Shown piece by piece: positions 1 to 12,520 of a stretch of 64,000 nucleotides of DNA. Origin of the DNA: the human T2T-CHM13v2.0 reference genome, Homo sapiens; NCBI RefSeq assembly GCF_009914755.1, contig NC_060928.1. One strand, given 5' to 3'. The notes below the pieces were generated by a model. It did no database searches. It saw only the letters and a program-made list of their open reading frames with translations, and was not told the origin of the DNA. Every line of letters begins with the position of its first letter. The first letter of the stretch is position 1. Both the position numbers and the translations under genes were made by a program.

Positions 1-368
1 CTCCTGTGCTATGGCGTAGGGCCCCAAAATTGATTTTTTTGGGGGATGTTTTAATAAAATTGAGACAAACAATAGTATGGCCTTGATAATACAGATAAAT
101 TTAGAAAGTATGTACCTTTTTTATATAAGCAGATTTGGGCATTTTTCAATGGTTATTTCATGGTTAAGGATAGTAAATGTAATTCTAGGGAATTTCAGTT
201 GAAGGAAAATTAATTACAGTTATTGAAAAGTAGGTCAAGACTTACTACTGATCACATGCCTCTTATTTTAAACGGAGTAATGCAAAGTAGCTTATAGAGA
301 CCTACATGTGAATTTTCCCTTTATTGTGCTATTTATTTTACTTGGAGTTTTAAAATATCTATCTTGAC

Positions 369-592
369 CAGTACTTTCCAATAGAACTTTCTGTAATGAT
401 GGAAATGCTCCAGTTCTGGGCAGTCCAATATATAGCCACTAGCCACATGTGCCTAACAAATGCTTGAAATCTGGCTAGTGCAAATGTGAAAATGATTTTT
501 AAATTTTTTATAGATCCTGTGTAGATGTAGATGTGTAGATTATATGTAGACACATCTATATGCAGCTACTGGGTACCACATTGGACCATCAG
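369..592 (+). mobile_element. MER3-like hAT-Charlie non-autonomous DNA transposon
   Basis: Matches the recalled MER3 pattern (CCAATAGAACTTTCTG..GATGGAAATG..AGCCACTAGCCACATGTG..TTGGAC). Flanked by Charlie-type 8-bp sites ATCTTGAC (361-368) and GTCTAGAC (593-600). Confidence 0.8.
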
Positions 593-1284
593 GTCTAGAC
601 CACACATTACCTAAATTCTTAGAATCACAGAACTTTACTGTTGAAAGCATTTTGCAGAGTTTCCAATCTAAGCTCTCTCTTCTGTTACTCAACCATTGGA
701 GAGGTATTTGATGTTATGTTTGGAAAGGGTCTGCTGACAACTATAGTTGCTTTCTCTACCTAATCACTGCAGGCAAGGCCAGAATCCAATACCTTCTGGG
801 TTTCATTCTTGCTAACCACAAAACTGCATTTGTGAACCACAAAACAGCTCAAGTTTTTGTCATTATCCTGTTTAAAACCTTTTGTAGGCAAATGGTACCA
901 TTTAATAGTGAATAATAAACATCTGTCAGAATGCTACAAATCATTTGACATAATGTTGATTGGCCTTAGAATTCACACAGGCATCAATACAAAAACTAAG
1001 TTGGGTATGAGTATGTATGATAGGGAAAAATGAAAGCAGAAAACATTACTTCCACAGAAACATTAGAAATGCTTTCTTTGGCACTTGAACCCATGACTTA
1101 TTTTTGTCCCTTCAGTCCTGAGCACAGCGAATTCTCATTGGTAGATGATCGATAAATGTGATACGAACTTACAGAACTTAAGTGATTGCATTAAGAAAGC
1201 TGAATGGTATCTTAATGACTGGCATCTTGCCCACAAGAGATTGGTCAGTGAGCTTATTATTTCACTGGTTTTTGTCTCTGATTT

Positions 1285-1413
1285 TTAGGTGGGATCACCT
1301 GGCTAACTTAAAAATATCCAGGTCCAACTATAGGAGGAGTGGGGGCCAAGTCACCCGTAGCTTTTAAAAGCTTCCCAGGTGATCCTAACAAGCAGTAGAG
1401 TTGAGAAACACTG
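1285..1413 (+). mobile_element. MER5-like hAT-Charlie fragment
   Basis: Ends in CCCAGGTGATCCTAA...GTTGAGAAACACTG, typical of a MER5A/B terminus. Confidence 0.55.
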
Positions 1414-4400
1414 ATTTATTTAGTAAATTATGGTAAAGTTCAGATGTAATTCAGAGTCAAGATTAGGCTTGACTCTAATCAATTTAAAACCTTAGAATAT
1501 ATCAAACAAGAGTAGCTGAACTAATGAAAACACATTACTAAAAACAGAAAGATAAAACAGTCAAGCAAAAGGCAAAGATAAAATTAGTCAATTCTATTCT
1601 CCACGGGTCTTCACGTGTCTATAGACATGCATGAGAGACTGAGAAACCCCATGTGACAGAATCCAGTTTTAATGACATGGATTATAATAAATCCTGAGAG
1701 AGAAATCACTTTTCTGAACGAAACAAGGAGTTTAGTCCAAAGAACTGGATTTCACAATGGAACTTTGGCAGAAGGGAAGGAAAGGTGTGTACATATATGT
1801 AGTTGATATTTGAATAATAATGAAACTTATCAATAATTGTTGCCATTTCTATAATGTCTACAACGAGGCACGCACTATTCCAAGTTCTGTGAAGCTATTT
1901 TCATTCTCATTCCATAGAGAACTTCTGAGTTGTTTTAGTGTCAGGATAGAAAAAGATTGATCTAGACAGGCGTGAGAATCAGCAGGAATCTGTACCATGA
2001 AGAGGCCACTCTGGAGACGGTAATAGAGTTTCGAGTCCTTTGTCTCACTGAGATTTCTTCCCCCATTACCTGCTTATCAAAATCCTTTTTATCCATGGAG
2101 GCAAATTTTGGAAATCAAAAAATAATTCTTAAATATATTAATAAAAATTTAGTTAAAAATTAATTTGAAAACGGAGGCCACACTTTCCAAATATAAGAAT
2201 GAATATCTGAGTAAAAAAAGCGGTTGATAATGAGTGCAACACACTAATGTAGCCATGATCCTTTATTTGTAAAACAAAGACAGTTTAGAAAATATCTACT
2301 TACCACTTATACAATTTAAGTAAGAACTATATGCTGTATCTATTAGTTACATAGTTGAGTTTCTCACTTGATTTCTTTTCCAAAAAGAAAGAAATTTCCA
2401 ATAAATTAGAGAGATGTGTTTAAAAGCCTCCTACCCTAAACTGGGTACTTACTGCTTTGAGATTATATTTGTTATAGAAAATATTTTTGGCAGATAATTA
2501 TATTTCTTCATTTAAAGTCAAAGAAAATAGATATATTTTCAAAACCTAATGTCTTGAATACATACACATATATATGCATCAAATAAATGTTTGCTGATTT
2601 ATATAACAAATAAGGAAGACATTCTACAGAAGTTGAAATTTGGGGTGGCTTAGTAGTGCAGGAATGTATGAGACAAATATGGGGAACTGTATGTATACAT
2701 GTTTTTGTGAGTTTGAAAAACGAGTTTTTAGCTTTGTTAGTGAGAAATCACACAGATGAGATAGTATCATTTCTCCAGATCTATTTTGAACAAAGTAAAC
2801 CCAGGACAAAATCTTACAGAATAACTACACTCTCTACTGATATATTTCATGAAGACTACAGTCAGTAGTAACATTGAAGGAAATTTATTAGATATAGATG
2901 TGAGAATTCTGAAAGTAAAAACAAAGGTTAAAAGATTAGTGCTTATTATTTACAATCATTACTCTTTTCCTTATGTATAAAATAAAACATTCCTTGATAA
3001 ATATAGTCAGTCAATCAGCTGCCTTTCTGTTGGACCGTGCACCAGTTCTAATGCTGCATAACAAATAGTAGTTTCATTCGTTTATGGAGAGAAGGAAATT
3101 TGGGGAACAATTTTGAGAATTGTGGAGTGAATTACTCCATTCCCCAGATTTAGAAAACAAATTTGATGGCACATATTTAAGTAAATATATATAACTTTAA
3201 TTTTGGAGCTTCATTATTAATGCTCTATAATGTAAGATTCTGATTTCGTGTATTTTCAGATAAAAACAAAAAAAAGTAAATGGGAACAACAGTTGAATTC
3301 TCTATATATGCAAAAATAGATTAGAAATTGCAGGGATTTATTTAAAGCCTTGCATGATGTTTCCATTTTTGGAGAATTAAAATAATGCAAGATAAATCTC
3401 TTTTATGTCTGATGAACAATATTATTGCTCTATTTGCATTTTGGATTATAGATGGAAAAGAAAACTATGTATTTGCCTAAGACTTTCCAAAGAGTAAATG
3501 AAGAGCCAAGAATAAAATGTCTTTTATTCATGATTCCAAATCTCTTTCTTCCTCTGCTTGACAAGATGACAAGCCTCCTTCTAGACCAATTATGTAACTC
3601 TCATCAATTCAAATAAGCAATAGTCTAAGAATGCATATACACTACAAATTTAAAATGCATTATTCCAAAACTTGTATTTTTCATTTTTTGGAAATAACTT
3701 ATTGGTAAAAATTCACAGAAAATAATGCAACATATTAGACTTTTCTGAATAACCAAACGATTCCAGATGTATAAACACAGCCTTGATTAAAGAGCACACC
3801 CCGAAATTCAAACTTTCATTGCTTTTAAATAATCTTTCTGGCAATAAACGTTATGCAAATATAGGCAATGAGGAAAAGTCACTTCTGAAAACTGCTGTGT
3901 GCATTTAAGTAAAGAGCTATTGAATGCAGAAATGTGCTTTCCTGATTCTACTAAATGATTTCTTTCTAGAAACTACAAAGTCAGGATGCTGATACACTTA
4001 AGAACATTGATTACAATTCAAAGCAAACTGAGATAGCAAGTGAAATTTTATACAGATTTTACAGATCATAATTTAATGATTCACAGACACTTTAAAACAT
4101 ATTTTTGGACTTGCCTCACTTTTTCTAAAAGTTCCTAATTCTAGAGAATGAGCTCCTTCTTCCTGTTTCCTTGTGTACTAAATCGCTATTCAGGCTTCTC
4201 TTTATTCATCAAAGATAAACAGATGGACTCCCCAACGGGGAAGCTGCTTTGAAAATTGAAGCCCCATGGGAAGAATTTCCTATATGAACCTTAAAAAAAT
4301 TGAGTTGCCTCCACCGAAGAAATTATGATGTGTATGTGCTCCCCAGTTTTGCAATCTCGGTTCAAAGAGCTATGTTTGGCTTTTGAGTAATCATTCTAGT

Positions 4401-6236
4401 AAGAAAAATCTGCATCTGAAAAATACATTCCATTTCTTCTTTTCTAGGCTAGAAAAACCTCACTGCCCCCCACCCCCACAAAATGCAATGATTCATTCAT
4501 TGACTATGTCCCCACAGTGGAAGTCAGGTTCCTTTGGGGCCCAGACAGGTAAAGAAGATAAGAGAAGCAGAAAGGTATAATCCTTCAGAGGTGGTGGTTA
4601 CTGTGGTAATCTGCCCAAAACCATTCACATTTGGAAAATAAAATAATAATGGTCAACCAGTATGTGATCTACTAAAAAGCTTAATTTAAAATTGTAGATA
4701 AAATAGATACAAATAAACTTCCAATTTTTTTTTCAAATCCCAGTGTATCATCTCCATCTCCCCACCATGTGAGGACCCCACTTTGGCAAAACTCTGCTCC
4801 AGACTTCCTCCGTAGGCTAAATACGTTTCTTATGACTTCTTCTTCCTCTGAGTAAGACATTCTGTCTTTGGACTCTCTACAGCAAAGGGATACATGAGAC
4901 TTATACAAGCAATTTTAGGTATAGTCCCCAGACAACATAACAAAATTTGAAAATCAATGTTTTACTTTAGGCCACTGACCCAAGCAATGATTTTTCTTTT
5001 TATTGCCCGCAAATTCAAGGATTTTTGAGCACTATAGCATCTATGTTAGACACTGTGACCATATAACCCAAAACCACCTCGTTTTTTTCCACTCATTTTC
5101 TCTCACTTCCTTCTCTTTATTTCCTTTATTCCTTGCATCTTTTTTACTAAGAAGAGAAAGTCATATTTACTAAATTTTCATTTTTCTATATGGTATTTGA
5201 TTATGGAAAAGTAAACACATACTGATCCTTATGTTTAATATAACATAAACACAAATATATTTAGGGTTTTTATGTCTTGTTTATAGAATATAGATTTTGT
5301 ATTCTTTAATTTCTTAAAGTTTTTGTCTTATTTTCCAATGTATTAAAACATTTGAATACTAAGAAAATATTCCAGGAACTTGTTCTTTTTCTATTTTAAA
5401 AAAAGTTTTCTGTCAACTCTATTAAGCCATATTTTATACACAATAAAGTGCATGCATTTTAAGCATACATATTGATTGCTTTTGACACTGGATACAACAC
5501 AATCAAGAAACAGAACATGTCCCTTGAGCCCTTTTGCAGTAAGTATCCCTATGTTGCAACCCTGGCTCCAGTAAACAATGATCTTCTTTCTGTCACTAAA
5601 GATTAGACTTACATGTTATAGAATTTCATACAATTGAATTTCAATACTGTATACTCATTTGCATCAGGCTTCTTTCTCTCAGCAAAACATTTTTATGCGT
5701 GTTGAGATATATGCATGTTGCATGTATCAGAAGTTTATTCTCTTTTTATTTATAAATAATATTCCATTATATGCACCACAATATATTTATCCATTGCATG
5801 TACAACAGTTTGTTTATATATTCACTTGATAGATATTTGCCCTGTTTCCATTTTGGAACTAATATGAATAAAGCACTTAATCCATCCACCTGTTGGTTTC
5901 CAGTTCTGGGCTGAAACACTTGTGCAAACACATATTGTCATCTCTATTGGATAAATACTTAGGAGTGGAATGGATGGATCACATGGCAAGCATAGATCAC
6001 CGATTGTTTTCCATCCTGGCTGTACCACGTTACCATCCACCAGGAACGTATGAGAGTCACAGTTGTGCCATATACTCTCCAATACTTGCTATTGTCAGTC
6101 TTTTTAATTGCAACTATTCTATTAGCTGTGTACTGGTATCCTATAATAGCTATACTTTATAGTCCCTAGTAAACAATGATATTGAGTATCAATTATGTAT
6201 ATAACAACATATGCATTATTTCACCTACAAAGTTAG

Positions 6237-6613
6237 TGATATGGTTTGGCTCTGTGTCCCCACCCAAATCTCATCTCGAATTGTAATCCCAACATGTCAG
6301 GAGAGGGGCTTGGTGGGAGGTAACTGAATCATGGGGGTGGACTATCCCCTTGCTGTGCTCGTGATAGTGAGTGAGTTAGCACAAGATCTGGTTGTTTGAA
6401 AGTGTCTGGCACTTCTCCCTCTACTCTCTCTCTTTCCTGATCTGCCATGGTAAAGACATGCTTGCTTCTCCTTCTTCTGCCTTGATTGTAAGTTTCCTGA
6501 GGCTCTCCAGTCATGCAGAACTACGAGTCAATTAAATCTCTTTTCTTTATAAATTACCCAGTCTCAGATAGTTCTTAATAAAAGTGTGAGCAGTGTGAGA
6601 GTGGACTAACACA
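6237..6613 (+). mobile_element. MaLR solo LTR (THE1D/MSTA-like)
   Basis: TGATATGGTTTGGCTCTGTGTCCCCACCCAAATCTCATC...GGACTAACACA with TG...CA ends and a perfect 5-bp TSD GTTAG (6232-6236, 6614-6618). Confidence 0.92.
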
Positions 6614-8582
6614 GTTAGAAAGTGTAATCTTAAACTAGTAACTTACAGATATCAGTGCCAAAAAGGCTTCAACTTTTTACCATTTTTTCATGACAAAATT
6701 TAATACAGAATATATTAATCCTTTTGTATAAATTATTTAGAGATTTATCCATTTTGATAATTTGTCTTTCCAATAATTTTAAAATTTTCTCTAATTTGTC
6801 AAAACTATTGACATAGTTACTCATAATATTTTCTTAGAGTCTTGTTAATAGCTGCAAGATCTGAAGTAATGCTCTTTCTTGTCTTTTTGATACTAATAAT
6901 TTGTATTTTCACTCTTTTGTTTTTACCAGTCTAACCAGAAATTTATTTTAAGCTTTTAAAAAATTATTTGGCATAACTGACTTCATTATTTACTTGTTTT
7001 CTATTTCATTAATTTCTACACTCACCTTTTCATTTCTTTTTTGTCGTTTTGTCTGTTTCTTTTTATCTTATTTCTTTATTCCAGTAACTTCGAATTTGAT
7101 TTTTCTTTTCTTTGTCTCATTTCTTTAGATGTCAATATAGAATATTGTAGACCTTTCTTTTTCTCTAATATAATCATTTAAAGCCTTAAATGTCCCTCTA
7201 AGCATTGTTTTAGCTATATCTTACAAATTTGACATTGTATGTTTTTCTTTTATTCAATTCAAAATACTTCATACTATCTTTGTGAATCTCCCTTGACTTG
7301 TGATTATTTAGAAGTATACTGATTAATGTTAGAGTATTTGGGAATTTTCTAGATACCTTTCTGCTGTTAATTTAAAATTAAATTTTATCACATATAGAAT
7401 ATAATTTCTATTATGTGCAGAACATAATTTGTACAGTTTCAGTCTTTTAACTTTCTTAAAACATGTTTTACAGAACAGTACAGGGTCCATCTTGGTGGGT
7501 GGACCGTCTGCAATTGAGAAGAATGTATATTCTTCTGTTGCTGAATAGAAAATTCCACAAATATCAATTAACTTACATCGATCAAACCTTCTTTACTTTT
7601 ATTGATTTTTAACATTGACTTGTTCTGCCAATTACTGAGAGAGAATTGTTGAATCTCCACAAATAACTGTGTATTTTTAATGGTGTTTTCAGTACAGTCA
7701 CCTTTTGCTTCATGCATTTTGAAGTTCTATTATTAGGGGCATACACAATTAGGGATACATAGATACATGCTGAAAATATATATGAATTTTATATTTTTTA
7801 ACTAACCTATATGTGCCTTGATATTTGAAACATGTATCTTGTGGCCAGCATATAATTGGGTCTTGCAATTTTATCCAGCATGGAAATCTCTTCCTTTTAA
7901 TTGCAGCCTTTATTCCATTTTCCTTCATCTAATTTACAGATATCATTGAGATTAAAGCTATTACTTTGTTATTTGTTGTGTATTTATACCTCTGCTATTT
8001 TTCCTCTTTCCCTCTCTTTTTGACATCTTGATAGCTTTTTATATTCCATTTTATTTTCTCTGATTCACTATAACAATCACTTTGTTTCATTTTTAGCTGT
8101 TGTTCTAGGGTTTTAGGATTTGTCCATCTTTAACTTGTCACATTGACTTCAAATAATGTTATACAACTTCACATGTAATATATTAAAAGTTACATATAAT
8201 TACATCTCCTATTTGTGCTTTTGTTTTTATACATGTTATACATGTTACAAACTTCACAATACACTCTATTATTTTTGTTTTAAAGAGTCATTTTTTATAA
8301 AGATTAAAAATAAAAAAATGACTCAATGTTATTTTTAGTAACATATTCACCAATCACAACACTATTACTTTCAGTAAATCCAAGTTTCCATCTGGAATCA
8401 TTGTCCTTACACCTGAAGAGTTCTATTTATTGTTGTCTGAAGTAAAAGTCTGCTAGTGACAACTTCTGCATTTGTTTGTTTTAAAAATCTTCTTTTGGTC
8501 TTTATTTTTGAAGTACATTTTTGCAGAGTATGGAACTCTAGATCGATATTTTTTTTCTTTTAACAGTTTGAAGATGTTATTT

Positions 8583-10266
8583 TTTAAAAAAATTCTTTAG
8601 TTTTAGGGCTACAGGTAGTTTTTGGTTACATGGATGAGTTCTTTAGGGTAAATTCTGTGATTTTAGTGCACCCATCAAACACGCAGTGTATGCTGTATCC
8701 AATATGTCGTCTTTTATCCCTCACTCTCCCCAATTCTCCCACTGAGTCCCCAACGTCCATTATATTGCTCTGTATGTTTTTGCATCCTCATAAGGTAGCT
8801 ACCGATTGTAAGGAGAACATACAGTATTTGGATTTCCATTCCTGAGTTACTTCACTTAGAATAATGGCTTCCAGTTCCATCCAAGTTTCTGCCAAATACA
8901 TTATTTTGTTCCTTTTTATGGCCGAATAGTATTCTATGGTATAAATATACCACATTTTTTTATCCACCCATTGGTCAATGGGCACTTAGGTTAGTTCCGT
9001 ACCTTTGCAATTGCAAATTGTGTTGCTATAAACATGCATGTGCATGTGTCTTTTACATATAATGACTTCTTTTCCTTTGTGTTGATACCCAGTAATGGAA
9101 TTGCTGGATGAAATGGTAGATTTACTTTTAGTCCCTTGAGGAATCTCCATACTGCTTTCCATAGTGATTGTACTAATTTACATTCCTACCAGCAGTGTGA
9201 AAATGTTCCCTATTTACCACATCCATACCAATATCTATTGTTTATTGACTCTTTAGTTATGGCCATTCTTGCAGGAGTAAGGTGGTATCTCATTATGGTT
9301 TAATTTGCATTTCCCTGATAATTAGTGAGGTTGAGCATTTTTTCATATGTTTGTTGGCTGTTTGTATATTTTCTTTTGAGAAACGTCTATTCGTGCCCTT
9401 TGCCCACTTTTTGATAGGATTGTTTTTGTTTTTTCTTGCTGATTTGTTTGAGTCCCTTGTAGATGCTAGATACTAGTCCTTTGTCAGATGTCAGATGCAC
9501 AGCTTGTGAATATTTTCTCCCACTCTGTGGTTGTCTGTTTACTCTGCTGACTATCTGCTGTGCAGAAGCTTTTTAGTTTAATTAGATACTACTTATTTTT
9601 GTTTTTCTTGCATTTGCTTTTGGGGTCTTAGTCATGAAGTCTTTCCCTAAGCCAATGTCCAGAAGAGTTTTTCCAATGTTATCTTCTAGGATGTTTATGG
9701 TTTCAGGTCTCAGATTTAAGTCTTTGATGCATCTTGAGTTTATTTTTTCATAAGATGAGAGATGAGGATAGAGTTTCATTCTCCCACATGTGGCTTGCCA
9801 ACTATCCCTGCACCATTTGTTGAATAGTGTGTCCTTTCCCACTTATATTTTTGTATGCTTTGTTGAAGATCAGTTGGCTGTAAGTATTTGGCTTTATTTC
9901 TGGGTTCTCTACTCTGTTCCATTGGTCTATGTGCCTACTTTTATACTAGTACCATGCTGTTTGGGTACCTATAGCCTGGTAATATAATTTAAAGTTCAGT
10001 AATGTGATGCTTCAAGGTTTGTTCTTTTTGGTTAGTATTTCTTTGGCTATATGTACTCTTTTTCTGGTCCCATATGAATTTTAAGATTGTTTTTTCTAGT
10101 TTTGTGAAGAATGATGGTAGTATTTTGATGGGAATTGCATTGAATCTGCAGATTGCTTTGGCCAGTATGGTTATTTTCACAATATTGATTCTTCCCATCC
10201 ATAAGCATGGTATGTGTTTTCTTTTGTGTCATGTGTGATTTCTCTTAGCAGTGTTCCATGGTTTTC
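8583..10266 (-). mobile_element. 5'-truncated L1PB (ORF2 C-terminus plus 3' UTR)
   Basis: L1PB-type 3' UTR. Minus-strand ORFs give ORF2 peptides ([25 protein letters not shown]). 14-bp TSD TGAAGATGTTATTT at 8569-8582 and 10267-10280. Confidence 0.92.
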
Positions 10267-11249
10267 TGAAGATGTTATTTAATTATTTTCTGTCATAGGT
10301 TATCTTTTTCCTTCTCTAAATAATTTGCATTTTATATTCTGACTTGTGTAAGAGATTTTCATTCATTGCTAGTATTTAATAATTTGATTATGATGTGCTT
10401 ATAGCTTTTTCTGTTTTTGCTTTTGAGAATTGGTGGGGTTGTTTTTTTGTCTGTTTGCTGTTTAGCTCAACTGAAATTCATTGAGCTTCTACAAAGTGAG
10501 TATATGTTGTATTTACCAATTTTGGAATAATTTAGGCTAGAATTTCTTTAACCTTTTTCTGGTCCCTCATTTTCTTTCCAGGACTCCAGTGATACATACA
10601 TTGGACTGTTTCATATCATTACAAGTAATTGAGACACTGAGGCAGTATAAAAAGTTAAGGAGACACTGTTCATATTTTCTTGGTCTTTTCTGTCCCCATA
10701 AGAAAGTCAGTTTAGAAAAATTTGAGATCCATGTCTTCAAGTTTATCTATCTTATCTTCTACAGTGTCTTGCCTAGTGTATCTTTAACTTCATATAGTGC
10801 CTAAGTTAAATAAAAATCTAGATGTTCTATTTGGTCCTTTTATATATCTTTAATTCCTCTCATCATTATTATTTTCATGTTTTTCTTTAAACAGTCAAGC
10901 ATATTTATCATAGTTGTTTACAAAGTCCTGTTTATTAATTCTATTATTGTTATCATCTTGGGATCTGTTTCTATTCACTAAATTTTCTCCCGTTTATGGG
11001 TCATGTTTTTCCATGTTCTCAATAGTAATTCTTGATTGAATGTTAGATATTGTGTATTTTACTTTTTCTATCACTCTTTAAGGAAAGTTGGATTTTAATC
11101 CGCTAATGTATGTTATTTCTGGATCAGCTTGGTTCTCTTAAGGCTTGTTTTAAGTTCTGCTAACAAGTCTAGAGTAGCTATTATTCTAAGGCTAGTTTAG
11201 ACATGAGTTAATGATCCATATTTAGATATTTACTATGGCAGCACCTCAC

Positions 11250-11803
11250 TTCCAGGTTGTTATTTATTGCAGCATAACAAATTATCCCAGAACATAGAAG
11301 CTTAAAAACGCAGAGATATTTATTATCTGACAATGTCTGTGGGAAAGGAACCTGGGCACAAATTTCCCCGGCTCTCTGTTTCTCCTAAGGCTGTAATCCA
11401 ACTGTCATCAGAGCTCTAGCCATTTCAAAGATTGAAGGTGAGAGGATCCTCTTTCCAGATGACTCCAGTGGTTCATCACAAGATTTAGTTGCTTATGAGT
11501 TGTTGTTGGCTGGAGATCTCCCTCAGTGTCTTGCCACATGGTTCTCTTCATAATGCAGCTCACAATACGGCAGCTAGATTCCATCAGAACAAGTCAGCAA
11601 GAGAGAAGGCAAGTAAAATGTAAACCAGCATTGTTTTGTTTTCTAATATAATCTCAAAAGTAACATCTCATCACATTTGCTGTATTCTATTCTCTACAAA
11701 CAAGTTCTATGTCCCACTAGCACTTGATGGGAAAATATTACAAAAGTTCATGAATATTAAGAGGTCTGAATCATTGGAAGCATCTCAGAAACTGCTTACA
11801 ACA
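11250..11803 (-). mobile_element. MLT1F-like MaLR solo LTR
   Basis: Reverse strand begins TGTTGTAAGCAGTTTCTGAGATGCTTCCAATGATTC, like MLT1F. The other end carries TTGCAGCATAACAAATTATCCCAGAAC. Confidence 0.7.
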
Positions 11804-12474
11804 CTTAACAACAGTTACTAAGGAGTAACTGTCATTAGGTATCTACAGGATACCCTTGATGTTCAGATGAAGACTTGGCAGTCTGAGTGGTCAGACTTCA
11901 ACATTACCCAGTGAGCTCTGGGAATTGTTTGGTACACAACTCCTACATTATTTTTTTGCCTGACCTCATGGAGTTAATCCCCACATAAATTTTGCTTAAT
12001 ATTTAGCAACAGCCTCAAGGAGATCCTTATATGGATTTCTGGAGCTCTGCAGAGCTCCCTTCTCTCTGACATTAAATCCTCTAAACTGTAGCCAGATCTG
12101 CCTCCCCCTGCTCTGCTCTGTTTTTCATTAGTGAGACCCTTATGTTCTGTTTTGTATTCCCATCCCACACTGTGTTCTAGAGAGTGCCTCCAGGCAGAGA
12201 GCAAGGGCAATTGTAGGCCTCTCCTCATTTGTTTCCCTTATCTCACAGGTCATAGTTCACACTGACTGTTGTCCCACTTTTGGACACAGATGTGTTATCT
12301 ATTATGCTTAGTTTTCTAGATATTTATGGGCAGATGGCAAGTCTAGTCCCAATTACTGAAACACGACCACAGCAGAAACTCATCCAGGGATTCTGAGCCA
12401 GCTTTATTCTTCTTCAGCTGCTCTATATAGTATATTGGAATACCTTTTCTTAAATACAAATGATAGCCCTATAT

Positions 12475-12520
12475 AAACAAATAATAAAATAAGGCTTAAA
12501 CAAGTAATAAAATAAGGCTT
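12475..12520. repeat. 23-bp tandem duplication
   Basis: AAACAAATAATAAAATAAGGCTT followed by AAACAAGTAATAAAATAAGGCTT (1 mismatch). Confidence 0.9.

Larger units (their letters stand above)
5415..12380 (-). mobile_element. Ancient, highly decayed L1 (L1MD/L1ME-type) interrupted by three younger insertions
   Basis: L1M 3' UTR-like sequence at 5415-6190, T-rich antisense ORF2/ORF1-like sequence at 6650-11200, and an L1ME-type 5' end at 11850-12380. The host resumes across the nested elements' TSDs. Confidence 0.65.
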
